From contig NC_052146.1 in assembly GCF_902713615.1 (NCBI RefSeq), positions 161,434,853-161,498,852 on the forward strand: a stretch of DNA of 64,000 nucleotides, read 5' to 3'. Shown one piece after another: positions 51,290-63,499 of the stretch. The DNA is from Scyliorhinus canicula (Eukaryota). A program made the position numbers and the translations under genes. The stretch's first letter is position 1. Each line of letters begins with the position of its first letter. The notes under the pieces were generated by a model. The model was not told where the DNA came from, searched no databases, and was given only the letters and a program-made list of their open reading frames with translations.

Positions 51290-52300
51290 AAACTACACTT
51301 GGAATACTGAGCACATTCTGGTCTTCATGTTGTAAAAGTGACATAGTGACGGTGGAGAAGGTAGAGAAAAGATTCACAAAGATGATACCCGCACTTAGTG
51401 GCTGTATTTGTCAGGAAAGGTTAAACAGGTGAAAGCTCTTTCTTGAGAAAACAGGGGCGGAATTCTCCCGGGCGGGGAATCGCCCGGGACCTTTGTAAAT
51501 CCCGCCCCCGCCGTGGCCGGAATTCTCCGCCACCTGGGAATCGGCGGGGGCGGGAATCGCGCCCCGTTGGTCGGCGGACACCCCGCACCGGTCGGTGGGC
51601 CCCCCGCGGTGATTCTCCGGCCCGCGATGGGCCGAAATCCCGCCGCTGTCAGGCCTCTCCCGCCGACGTGGTTTAAACCACCTCTGTGCCGGCGGGTGCA
51701 GGCGGTGGGATCGGGCCCCGGGGTCCTGGGGGGGGGGGGGGGGGTGCGGGGCGATCAGACCCCGGGAGGTGCCCCCACGGTGGCCTGGCCCGCGATCGGG
51801 GCCCACCGATCGGCGGGCGGGCCTGTGCCGTGGGGGCACTCTTTTTCTTCCGCTGCCCCCACGGCAATGCACCATGGCGGAGGCGGAACAGACCCCCTCC
51901 ACCACGCATGCACCGGTGGTGACGTCAGCGGCCGTTGACGCTCCGGCGCATGCGCGGACTCACGCCGACCGGCGAAGGCCTTTCGGCCAGCCCCGACACC
52001 AGCCGGCGTGGCGCCAAAGGCCGTTGGCGCCAGCCAGCGGAGCGGGAGCCACTCCGGCGCAGGCCTAGCCCCTAAAGGTGCAGAGAATTCCGCACCTTTG
52101 GGTACGCCCGACCCGGAGTGGTTGCCGCCACTCCGCTACGTCGGGACCCCCACCCCGCCGGGTAGGGGAGAATACCACCCCAGGTCGCTGATTAGTGACT
52201 GAGAAAGTCTCTTAAAATAATTGAAGGTTTTGATAAAGTAGAAACAAATAAAAAAAAATTCCACTTATAGGGAAGTTCAAATCTACAGGTCATAAATATA
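51290..52300 (+). mobile_element. Old CR1 fragment split by a MITE
   Basis: HLEY..FWS..EKRFTKMIP before 51454 and continuation after 52183. Confidence 0.6.
51455..52180. mobile_element. Harbinger-type MITE
   Basis: GGGCGGAATTCTCCC / GGGAGAATACCACCC, TSD CAG. Confidence 0.88.
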
Positions 52301-52302
52301 AT

Positions 52303-52956
52303 GGGCGGGATTCTCTCAGCCCGGGGCTGGGCCAGAGAATCTCCGCGACTGGCGCGGATCGCGCCACGCCAGCAAGCGATTCTCCGCAGAGCGGAGAATC
52401 AGTGCCATTGGTGCAGGCGTGGTTGGCGCGGCACCAATCTGGGGACACTCTACGAGGCCAACCCACCGATTCTTGGTCGGATGGGCCGAACGGCCGTCGT
52501 AAAAACGCCGAGTCCCGCCGGCGCCGTCCACACCTACTCTCAGCCGGCGGGAACTCGACATGGAAGGGTCGGGGGGTGGGGGCGGCCTGTGGGGGGGAGG
52601 GGTGTCTGATACCAGTGGGGGCCTCCGATGTGGTCTGGCCCGCGATCGGGGCACACCGATTGGCGGGCCGGCCTCTCTGGCTGGGGGCCTCATTTCTTTC
52701 GCGCCAGCCCCTGTAGTCCGCAACCGCCAAGTCGAGTTCCCGATGGATGAGACCATGAGAGACCCACGCCATCGGAATTCGGCTGATCGGGGCCGGGCCT
52801 CAGGCAATGTCCTGAGGCTATCGATACGTGGCGTGGCGTACTCCTAGAGTAGGCCGCTTTGGAGGGGGCGGAGGATCACGAATTCTGTCATAAATTTGGA
52901 TTCTCCGGCCGTTTGCCGAATGCGATTTCGGCTTCGGCGACCGGAGAATCCAGCCC
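52303..52956. mobile_element. Harbinger-type MITE
   Basis: GGGCGGGATTCTC / GAGAATCCAGCCC; left part resembles the 11958 MITE. Confidence 0.85.
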
Positions 52957-53341
52957 AGTCACTATTTGAGATTAGATGCAATTCCAGCAGTGGCCTCTGC
53001 TCCTGGTGGGATCAGATGGCTGCAGACTATCTGACTGACCAGCAGCTTTCAGAGGGTATTGAAATTCCACCTTGAGCCAAATAGCTGATTGGTAAATGGC
53101 AGAGCAGAGTGGGCTTGACCTGACATTGAGGCTGATGGGGGTATTAAATTAGGTTTCTACCTGGTAGAAAATTCCAGGAATTATATGAAGTAGATTCAAA
53201 TAGAAAAATAAATTAATATCTAGGAAATAATTATTTGATGGAATGAATCAGTTTCACCTCCCAAATTTTTAAACAAATTCTTTATACTTTGCAATTCATA
53301 AATGTCTGTCTCCGACTGGGAACACATTTGTTGGTGTCATT

Positions 53342-55078
53342 TGAACAAAGAACAAAGAAAATTACAGCACAGGAACAGGCCCTTCGGCCCTCCCAGCCTG
53401 CGCCGATCCAGATCCTTTATCTAAACCTGTTGCCTATTTTCCAAGGATCTACTTCCCTCTGTTCCCCGCCCATTCATATATCTGTCCAGATGCATATTTT
53501 CCATGATGCTATCGTGTCCGCCTCTACCACCTCCACTGGCAAAGCGTTCCAGGCACCCACCACCCTCTGCGTCAAAACCTTTCCACACACATCGCCCTTA
53601 AACTTTCCCCCTCTCACCTTGAAATCGTGACCCCTTGTAATTGACACCCCCACTCTTGGAAAAAGCTTGTTGCTATCCACGCTGTCCATACCTCTCATAA
53701 TTTTGTAGATCTCAATCAGGTCCCCCCTCAACCTCCGTCTTTCCAACGAAAACAATCCTAATCTACTCCACCTTTCTTCATAGCTAGCACCCTCCATACC
53801 AGGCAACATCCTGGTGAACCTCCTCTGCACCCTCTCCAAAGCATCCACATCCTTCTGGTAATGTGGCGACCAGAACTGCATGCAGTATTCCAAATGTGGC
53901 CTAACCAAAGTCCTATACAACTGTAACATGACCTGCCTACTCTTGTACTCAATACCCCATCTGATGAAGGCAAGCATGCTGTATGCCTTCTTGACCACGT
54001 TGCCACCTTCAGGGTACAATGGACCTGAACTCCCAGATCTCTCTGTACATCAATTTTCCCCAGGACTCTTCCATTGACCATATAGTCTGCTCTTGAGTTA
54101 GATTTTCCAAAATGCATCACCTCGCATTTGCCTGGATTGAACTCAATCTGCCATTTCTCTGCCCAACTCTCCAATCTATCTATATTTTGCTGTATTCTCT
54201 GACAGTCCTCCTTGCTATCTGCAACTCCACCAATCTTAGTATCATCTGCAAACTTGCTCATCAGACCACTTATACCTTCGTCCAGATCATTTATATATAT
54301 CACAAACAATAGTGGTCCGAGCACGGATCCCTGTGGAACACCACTAGTCACCTTTCTCCATTTTGAGACACTCCCTTCCACCACTACTCTCTGTCTCCTG
54401 TTGCCCAGCCAGTTCTTTAGCCATCTAGCTAGTGCAACCTGAACCCCATACGACTTCACTTTTTCCATCAACCTGCCATGGGAAACTTTATCAAATGCTT
54501 TACTGAAGTCCATCTACAGCCCTTCCCCCATCAATCAACTTTGTCACTTCCTCAAAGAATTCTATTAGGTTTGTAAGACATGACCTACCCTGTACAAAAC
54601 CATGCTGCTTATCACTGATAAGTCTATTTTCTTCCAAATGTGAATAGATCCTGTCCCTCAGTTTCTTCTCCAACAGTTTGCCTACCACTGACGTCAAGCT
54701 CACAGGTCTATAATTCCCTGGATTATCCCTGCTACCCTTCTTAAACAAAGGGACAAAATTAGAAATTCTCCAGTCCTCCGGGACCTCACCCGTGCTCATG
54801 GATGTTGCAAAGATATCTGTTAAGAACATAGAACAGTACAGCACAGAACAGGCCCTTCGGCCCTCGATGTTAAGGCCCCAGCTATTTTGTCCCTCGCTTC
54901 CCTCAGTAACCTGGGATAGATCCCATCCGGTCCTGGGGACCTGTCCACCTTAATGCCTTTTAGAATACCCAAAACCTCCCCCTTCCTTATGCCGACATGA
55001 CCTAGAGTATTTAAACATCCATCCCTAGCCTCAACATCCGTCATGTCCCTCTCCTTGGTGAATACCGATGCAAAGTAC
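53342..55078 (-). mobile_element. CR1 family A, 5'-truncated ORF2
   Basis: [44 protein letters not shown]; tail with TTCTTTG repeats. Confidence 0.93.
54825..54867 (-). mobile_element. 43-bp CR1 tail-only insertion inside a CR1
   Basis: Matches the CR1 tail at 63505-63550; flanked by direct repeat TGTTAAG (54818-54824 and 54868-54874). Confidence 0.85.
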
Positions 55079-55357
55079 ACCTTAAATTTGGGTTTAAGGT
55101 TTCATGTAGTTCTTAAAATAAAGGGTGCTCAGTGTAACGTTTATGCCATAATGTGTGGATTTTTATTTGCATTGAATGTTTAATGTATTCTTAATTGCTA
55201 GAAGCAGTGTGTGAGAGAGTATAAATCCACAATTACAGTTTTTCTTCAAGGAAAATTGAACAGCTGAGAGATCAAACATTCTGGCTGAAGTTCAAAAGTG
55301 TGACATGTGAGGAAAATCACCATAAAGAATTCAATGAGCAAATTTGATTAATTGGTT

Positions 55358-55694
55358 GGGCGGCACGGTGGCACAGTTGTTAGCACTGTTGCCTCACAGC
55401 TCCAGGGTGCCGGGTTCAATTCCGGGGGGATGACTGTCTGTGTGGAGTTTGCACTTTCTCCCCTTATCTGCTTGTGTTTTGTCCGCTTGCTCCGGTTTCC
55501 TCCCACAGTCCAAAGATGTGCAGGTTAGGTGAATTGGCCATGCTAAATTGCCCCTCAGTGTTCATAAAGGTTAGGTTGGGTTACTGTGTTATAGGGTGAA
55601 GGCTTAAGTAAGGTGCTCTTTCCAAGGGCCGATGCAGACTCGATGGGCCGAATGGTCTTCTTCTGCACTGTAAATTCTATGATTCTGTGATTTC
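55358..55694 (+). mobile_element. Full-length HE1/V-SINE with CR1-derived tail
   Basis: A/B boxes, V-domain, tail GATGGGCCGAATGG..TTCTATGATTCTGTGA. Confidence 0.9.
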
Positions 55695-56149
55695 ACATTT
55701 CATTGCAAACGGTATGAGTAAAACATTGCCTCTATTTTGAAAAGTCATTCAGGATGTGAAGCATTTTTTCATTGTAGCTTCAAACAGATTTAGATTTTAT
55801 TTCTTTAAGAAGCCTCCAGACTTTAAAAGAGTCAGGTTTCAACTGAACAGAAAAATCCTGTCCTTAAGTTTGTATCAGCAGCAGGGAAGCAAAAGCAATT
55901 TGCAGCAATAAATTATTTTACAGTGTAATACGTGAGCTTAAAGTTGTTGTACAAAGAAAAATTGGATGGGATTCTCTGGTCTTGTCCATGACGAATTGCG
56001 TTGTGCGAATAACAGAAAATTTGGCGTTTCAGCCAAAACTCCATTATCTTTCAGAGTAAATGGAAAATCCCAGCCGCAAATGTGGATGGAAGATTTCAGC
56101 CACTGAGTGCCATTCTGCATATAAAGGGAAATATATAATTCTGCTTTTT

Positions 56150-57500
56150 AAAATTAATTTATGTGAAGTGGGCATCTCTGGCTAGGTCAGCATTTATTGC
56201 CCATCCCTAATTGCCCTCGTGGTGGTGAGCTGTCTTCTTGAACCACTACAATACATGTGGTGCAGGGGAGGGAGTTCCAGGATTTTGACCCAGGAACAGC
56301 AATTTATTTCCAAGCCAGGGACTCGAAGGGAAACCTCGAGGTGATGGTGTTCCCATGTGTCTGCTGGCCTTGTCCTTTGGTAGTACTTGTCGTGGGTTTG
56401 GAAGATGCTGCCTGAGAAGCCCTGGTGAGTTCCTGCAGTGCATCTTGTAGGTGTACAGAATTTGTTGGTGGTGGAGAGAGTGAAAGAGTTTGGAAGGGCT
56501 TCCAATCAAATGGGCTGCTTTCTCCTGGAATGTGTTGAGCTTTTTGAGCATTGTTGGAGTTCCTCTCATCCAGGCAACTGGAGAGTATTCCATCAGACTC
56601 CTGCCTTTTGCCTTGGAGATTTTGGACAGGCTTCACGGAGTCAGGAGGTGAGCTACTCGCCGCAGGATTCCTTGTCTCTGACCTGCTCTTTTAACCACTG
56701 TGTTTATATAACTAGTCCAATTCAATTGCAGGTCAATGTAACCCTGAGGATGTTGATATGGGATGGGGGGGTTTGGGGGGGGTGGGGTGGGGGGCGGTTT
56801 GGGGGGGTGGGGTGGGGGTACAGTGATGTAATGCAATTGAATGTCAAGGGATGACGGCTAGATCCATGGAGATAGTCATTGTCTGGCACGTGTGTAGCGT
56901 AAATGTTACTTGGCTGGATATTGTCCATATTTGTTTTTTCATTCATTTACCGGATGTGGCCATTTCTAGCTGGGCCAGCATTTACTGTCCATCCTTAATT
57001 ACCCTTGAACTGAGTGGCTGGCTAGACCATATGAGAGCAGTTAAGAGTCAGTTGAATTTCTGTAGATCTGGAGTTGCATATAACCAGACCAGCTAAGGAT
57101 GACAGATTTCCTTCCCTGAAGGACATTAGTTATCGTCAATCAATTATATTTTCATGGTCATCATTAGACTTTTAATTCCAGATTTGTATTGAATTCAAAC
57201 CTGGCTCCCCAGAGCATTACCATGGGTTTCTGGATTACTAGACCAGTGGTAATATACTATGCTACTGCCTCCCCCCTATGCCATTACCTCTGCTGGCTGC
57301 ACTTGGACACCTAAATGGTGCTGAATATTGTGCATCAACAAACATCCCCACTTCTGACTTTATGATGGAAGGAAGGTAATTGATGGAGCAGCTGAAGATG
57401 GTGGGGACTTGGACACTACCATAAGGAACTTCTGCAATGATGTCCTGGAGTTGACTGACCTCCAACCACCACATCCATCTTCCTTTATGCCAGGTATGAC
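56150..57500 (-). mobile_element. LINE family B 3' part with a nested SINE
   Basis: MEYSPVAWM..KKLNTFQEKAA; VPYGSVQVPTIFSCSINYLPS; tail at 56170-56230. Confidence 0.82.
56940..57276 (-). mobile_element. tRNA-derived SINE carrying the LINE B 3' tail
   Basis: Minus strand GGGGAGGCAGTAGCATAG head, core TAATGTCCTTCAGGGAAGGAAATCTG, tail AAGGGTAATTAAGGATGGACAGTAAATGCTGGCC. Confidence 0.72.
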
Positions 57501-58739
57501 TTCTGTATGCTGCTCAATTACCTGTTTAATTTAAATAAACCATCTGTTAGTTCAGACTTTAGTCTCAGTCAGATCAAGTGTGTATTCAGTCTCCCTTTCA
57601 AAGGGTGGAAAACTTTGTGCTAACAAGATATTGTCTCGTAGTCACATAGAGGAAGTGTTCTGTTACCATTCCTGAGTTTCTATTGTTTACTGAACTATTA
57701 GGATTATGAGAGATGCAAGTGCTGCGTGCAGGAATGGCTGTTGATCCTGACAAAATAATATATTTAGCATAAAAACCCCAAAATACGACGATTCGTTAAC
57801 GACAATGTCCTTACTCCTCAAATTTGGCTCCACTATTTCCTATTGGATGCATCTCTTACTGAAAGAAGCCACAATAATGATTGGTGAGAAATATATGGAA
57901 GCTTATACTGGTGCAGTCATGGTTGTTAGTTTGACAATGAGATGAAAGTACATTACACAAATCACAGTTCAGGGAGCTTTACATTATTCATGAATGCTTA
58001 ACCTGGTAGTGTTTTCTTGACTAGTAATATGAATCCCACTAATGATGTACCTGACCTGGAGTTCTTTAGACTGACTCCAGACACTTGTTGCATTGCGAAG
58101 GAGTATTTCTTTATTCTTATTCTAATATACATATTTCTGTTAAGAACACTCTGCTCTCCTTCACCACCACCTCTCTTGGCCCCTCCATTGTGTTGAATTT
58201 ATCACGTTATTTTTCCAGATCTGATATTGCATAATCAGAAATTTCCTCAAACTAAATATTGGCTGGTGGTTCAAACTCTGTTCCATTACCACTGTTTCAA
58301 TCTCTCTCCCTGGGAAAAACTGGACCTCAGACCGTTGTCACATCTTGCTGTTGGACCCACCTTAGCGACTACATTGCACCCGGCACAGATCTGGGTTTGG
58401 CAGCTGAATAGTAGGAGAGAGCAAAAATCGAGATTCGCACTGGCCGCGAACCATTTTGCAATTCACCTGGCCTGCTTCCGATGGCATATCCCAGATCTCG
58501 CACAAAAATGGCGAGAATATCATTCACACTAATTTGCATTCATTTCAATCTCATTAATGAGATTGAAGTCAAATACAGTGGCCTCCCAGGAGTTACCTGA
58601 CTCCTCAGCGAGAAGTCATGCTGGCGCCACTTTGCACTCCATTTCAAACACATGAAGATGGCACAATGGCTAGCGAGGAAATGAGGAGGTGAGTAGCCCT
58701 TTCCATTTATCAGCATGCAGCTCAAGGGCACCAGAGGTA

Positions 58740-58935
58740 TGAAATGAAATGAAAAAAATGAAATGAAAATCGCTTATTGTCACAAGTAGGCTTCAAATGA
58801 AGTTACTGTGAAAAGCCCCTAGTCACCATATTCCGGCGCCTGTTCGGGGAGGCTGGTATGGGAATTGAACCGTGCTGCTGGCCTGCCTTGGTCTGCTTTA
58901 AAAGCCAGCAATTTAGCCCAGTGTGCTAAACCAGG
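58740..58935 (-). mobile_element. tRNA-derived SINE with the alternative tail
   Basis: Same family as 1-95; ends in (TTTCA)n. Confidence 0.88.
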
Positions 58936-59307
58936 TACTGCCCCAGTGCGCAGATTAGAGGGGTTGACGTCTGTGGTCGCCCCTGGGCTGAGGTGGAGGG
59001 GGGCGGTGGTGAAGGGTTTTACGTCTGTGAGACCCTCAAGCCATCTTCCAATATTGTGGAGACGCATAACAGGGGCAACCACAACTGAAGCTTGTCTGGT
59101 CTGCCAAACTCTCCCAGAAAAGAGCCCTGCTGCAGCTTCTCTCCTGACAGTCAATTTCACCTCCTTTGACTATGAGAAGCGTCTAGCTTCACATCTGAAG
59201 GCTACTTCAAATGAGGGATTAGCCTTGTTAGTTGTGAGCACTCAAAGGCACAGGTGCTATGACTCAGACGATGATTAGTAGACTGCATGTCTTGAAACCT
59301 TTGATGG

Positions 59308-60320
59308 AGTCATAGAGTCACAGATGTTTATAGCATGGAAACAGGCCCTTTTGCCCACATTTGGCCCATATCCCTCTGTACCCAACCCCCCCATGGAACT
59401 TTTTTTTTAAAGGACAAAATTGTACCTGCCTCTACCACTGCCGTTCCAGATGCTCACCACCCTCTGTGTGAAAAAGAATTCCCCTCTGGTCTCTTTTGTA
59501 TACTCCTCTCACCTTAAACCTATGCCCTCCAGTTCTAGACTCCTCTACCTTTGGGAAAAGATGCTCTTCATTATTTTATAGACCTCTATAAGATCACTCC
59601 TAAGCCTTCTACGCTGCAGGGAACAAAGTCCCAGCCTATCCAGCCTCTCCTTATAACTCAGACCATCAAGTCCTGGTAGCATCCATGTGAATCTTTTCTG
59701 CACTCTTTCTAGTTTAACAATATCCTTCCTATAATAGGGTGACCAGAACTGAACAGTGTTCCATGTGTGGTCTTGCCAATGATTTGTACAACTTCAACAA
59801 GACGACCCGATTCCTGTATTCAATATTCTGACCAATAAAACCGAGCATGCTGAATGCCTTCTTCACCACCCTGTCCACCTGCGACTCCAGCTTCAAGAAG
59901 CTATGAACCTATACCCCTAGATCTCTTTGTTCTATAACTCTCCCCAACTCTCGGCCATTAACTGAGTAGGTCCTGCCCTGATTTGATCTACCAAAATGCA
60001 TCATCTCATATTTATCCAAATTAAACTCCATCTGCCATTCATTGGCCTACTGGCCCAATTGGTCAAGATCCTGTGGCAATCCTATATAACCTTCTTCACT
60101 ATCCACTGTGCCACCAACCTTGGTGTCATCTGCAAATTTACTAACCATGCCTCCTACATTCTCATCCAAACCATTTATATAACAAATAACAGTGGACCTA
60201 ACACCGATCCCTGAGGCACACCGCTGGTCACAGGACTCCAGTTTGAAAAACAACCCTCCACAACCACCTTTTGGCTTCAGTCGCCAAGCCAATTTTGTAT
60301 CCAATTGGCTACCTCACCGC
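59308..60320 (-). mobile_element. CR1 family A, 5'-truncated
   Basis: VSKFADDTKVGG, GVPQGS; CR1 tail at 59310-59350. Confidence 0.88.
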
Positions 60321-63231
60321 GATACTTGAATAGTGTGCCTGTACTCTAAGAATGTGAGCACCATCGAGGCAGTTGACAACAATCAACCACTAAAGAGCAG
60401 GACCTCAGCACTGAGGCCACTTTCGCAGCCAAAGGTTAAGTGTCCTGATGAGTGGAGGGCAACTGAGCACGGCCTCCCTCACGTTCCTGGCAGAGGTCTG
60501 TGGTCGAGGGGAACCTGATGTGGTCGGGACTAAGTGTGCTGAGCAAGTTTTACTAGCACAACTGGCTTGCTGAAAGGCACTCTGAGAGAAGGTGAGACAG
60601 TCATGGTAAGTGTGGGGGAGATTTGGGGGATTTGCAGGTCCCGCGATGGAAGCCCTAACTGACTGTAAGTCTCTCTTCTTCTCCATTTTCTTCCATATAA
60701 AACAATGTGTGCTGGTGTGGATCCTGCGGAGCCTGTCCTCGCTGTGCTTGTGGCAGCCGAGGCGGCCAGATGCTGTCGAAGGCAGCAACAGCAACACAGG
60801 CTGGAGGCGGCACACCCTGAAGAATCGGCCACCCACCAGGCTGAGGAGAGGGGCCAGAAGAGAAAACAGCAATGGCCCAAGGTGTACAGGTGCTACTGGT
60901 CCTTCAATGAGCTGATGTACAGTATATGGTGTGTCTCAACAGGGACCTGTGCCACGTCCTCAGGGACATTGTACCCGTGGAGGAGGACACGCTGTGGCCA
61001 TGAAGGTCACTGCAGTCTTAAACCTCGATGTCACCATGTCATTCCAGGGCTCATGCGGGGATCTGTGTGGCACATCACTGTCATCCACCCGTTGGTGCAT
61101 CTGGGGGGTGACCGATGCTCTGTATGCCCGGACATCAGAATATATGACCTTCGATCTGGACCAGGTCCACCATGATGCCCGGGCTTCAGGTTTTGCGGGA
61201 TGCCTCAGGTCCGGGGATGATCAATAGTATGCATGTCGCCCTGCGAGCATCAGGGAGTGTCCTATATTAATAGGAAGGGGATGCACTCGATGAATGTTCA
61301 GACCGTATATGACCACCGCCTTAGAGTCATGCACATGTGTGCCAACTACCTTGGAAGCATGCTTGGCAGCTACGTCCACTTTGGGATGATGGTTGGCTCA
61401 TGGGGGACCCGCTGAGGACATGGCTGATGACACCGGTGCAAAGGCCTGAGACCGAGGCCAGCATTGCCATCAGTGCTGTCATTGAGCTGTGTATCGGCCT
61501 GCTTAAAATTCAGTTCCAATGCCTGGAGCACTCCACGTGCCCTGCAGTACACCCCCAGAGAGTCTCCAGCTTTGTGGTGGTCTACGGTGCCCTCCACAAT
61601 CTCACACAGAAGCGAGGCAACATGCTAGAGGAGGAAGAGGAGGCGGAGGGACATGTGGCCTGGTCGGAGGAGGAAGAGGCAGACCAGTAGGGGCTGGAGA
61701 ACGACCCCATGGAGGAGAAAGAAGATGGAGATCAGGGTGCAATAAGGGTCTGACATGCCCAGAGGACCAGAGAGGCCCTCATTGTCTCCAGATTCTCCTA
61801 GGATGAGGTTGTGTCTGTCAGCTCAACACTACCCCCTCCCTGCACCATCCCAGTCTCCACAATTCTCATCCCCATTTCCCCACCTTCAATCCCCCCTCAT
61901 TTCCTCCACCCCCTAAACCCCTTCCCCCCATCAGAACGCCCCCTCCTGGAACACATTCTGGCATATGCAGTGAGTCCAGATTTCTAAATTTGTTAATGTT
62001 TTTGTTTTATTTTTTTTACCTCTCCCAGGAGATTGCATGGCTGGTTGACAGATATGATGGTGTGTATGAGTCACAGGCGCAGTCCTGCCTTGGAAATTGA
62101 AATGGAATTTGCCCAAGTCATATGGTTCCAAAGCACCGCTGTGTGAATTGCAAAAGTTCCACCTTATGATTCACAACCCAAAAGGCAGCAATAACTTTGA
62201 CAGTGTTAACTAATGATTGATTAAAAACAAGTCACAGTAACACATAACAAAACAACTGAAACATAGAGGAATAAGAAACTATTTTGGGGAACTGGAAGAG
62301 CAGTACTCTAAAAGTTCAAGAAAATAAATCAACTGGCTTGCTACTCCTGATAATTTAGCTGTAATGTCCATGTGATTAAATGTCATTCTAGCACTCATTG
62401 TCAAGGTGCACACATATGGCGACTTGATTCTGGATGCACATCACTGCTTGGAACCCCAGCAAGGGAGCCAATGACTTCTAAAGAGCATTTGAGTAAATTA
62501 GTGAAAGCAGAAAAACAATTATAAATGGGCCAAGGATAGCACAATATCTCTTGACAGAATACTCTTGAAAACTGCATTACATAATACCAGCAGACCACTC
62601 CATCTGTTCCTTAAGCCAAGCTGCACCACTTTAATGGGGGTTAGTTATGTCCTGTTTACCATCTCTCACTGGATTAATCAGTCTTTATTTGGCAGTCAAT
62701 CATGTAGCCTTTACCCATGTTCAAGCTTAAGCTACAATCCATTCTGTCAGTTGCTAAATACATCTGAATGCTTTATTCACCCAAACACCACTTCCTTAAG
62801 AAGACAAAAGTTGAGATTTGTCAGGGAAAGCCTTTCTAAGTGGTTTTCCAATGGTAACCAACAAAGTGATTACAGATTTCAATAAATCTTAATATCAGAC
62901 ATATTAAATGATCATCTTTAAACTGAATTGGTTCAAAGCTGTCATCCACTTAGAGCCATTTATTGCACCTGCCTGCATAACTTAATTTAACTGACTTAAT
63001 TTACCTGACCGAAGTTCTGTTCAGATATGTTTATTTGCCATTCACTTTGCATGCTCTGGTGGCAAGACGCAGAAAAACTTGAGGGATTTCTGTCAGTCAA
63101 TGATGCAGAAGATTCAGTTGTCATTTTATTTAGTACCCCACTTTAAACAGGAACAGCAAAAAGGAAAAACATTATAAAATGTCAGAGCTGGTATTTTTTA
63201 TACATGTATCGGTGGCATAACAAACACATGT

Positions 63232-63425
63232 AAGCCATGTCTCAGTTGGTATTACCCTTGTTTTCTGAATCAGAAGCTGTGGATTTGATTCCCAGTCCAG
63301 AATTTGAGCACTTAAAAGTTTTGATTGATATCCCAGTGCAGTATATGGGGAATGCTGCACAGATGGGGATGCTACCTTTTTGGACCAAAACTTTCAATTG
63401 GAGCCGGAACACCTGTGCCTGACGC
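63232..63425 (+). mobile_element. Decayed Deu-domain SINE (SacSINE1/AmnSINE-like)
   Basis: tRNA-like head CTCAGTTGGTA..TCTGAATCAGAAG, then CCAGTGCAGTATATGGGGAATGCTGCAC..GATGCTACCTTT resembling the Deu core as I recall it. Confidence 0.6.
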
Positions 63426-63499
63426 TGATCAGACAATTCAATATCCACTTACCTGGATAATTTGAAATAAAGTTGTCAAAGAGATCATATAAATGTCTT

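Larger units (their letters stand above)
58400..61945 (+). mobile_element. Harbinger with degenerate transposase (about 60700-61800), interrupted by a SINE and a CR1
   Basis: VTAVLN..SFQGSCGDLCG..VTDALYAR, INRKGMHSMNVQ, GWLMGD..WLMTP, IELCIGLLKIQFQCL, ALHNL and an acidic tail. Confidence 0.85.

Noticed and set aside
51455-52956. CpG island promoter
   Set aside because: The CpG richness is fully explained by two young MITEs with TIRs, unlike the non-repetitive island at 13200-13740.
60700-61800. Domesticated HARBI1 gene (also 1640-2800 and 23540-24280)
   Set aside because: Multiple frameshifts, stops and damaged catalytic motifs; several diverged copies in TE context.
62005-62150. Pyrimidine tract + AG at about 62028 as the next ADGRB exon
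   Set aside because: None of the three frames resembles the expected TM1 exon, and all reach stops without a convincing donor.
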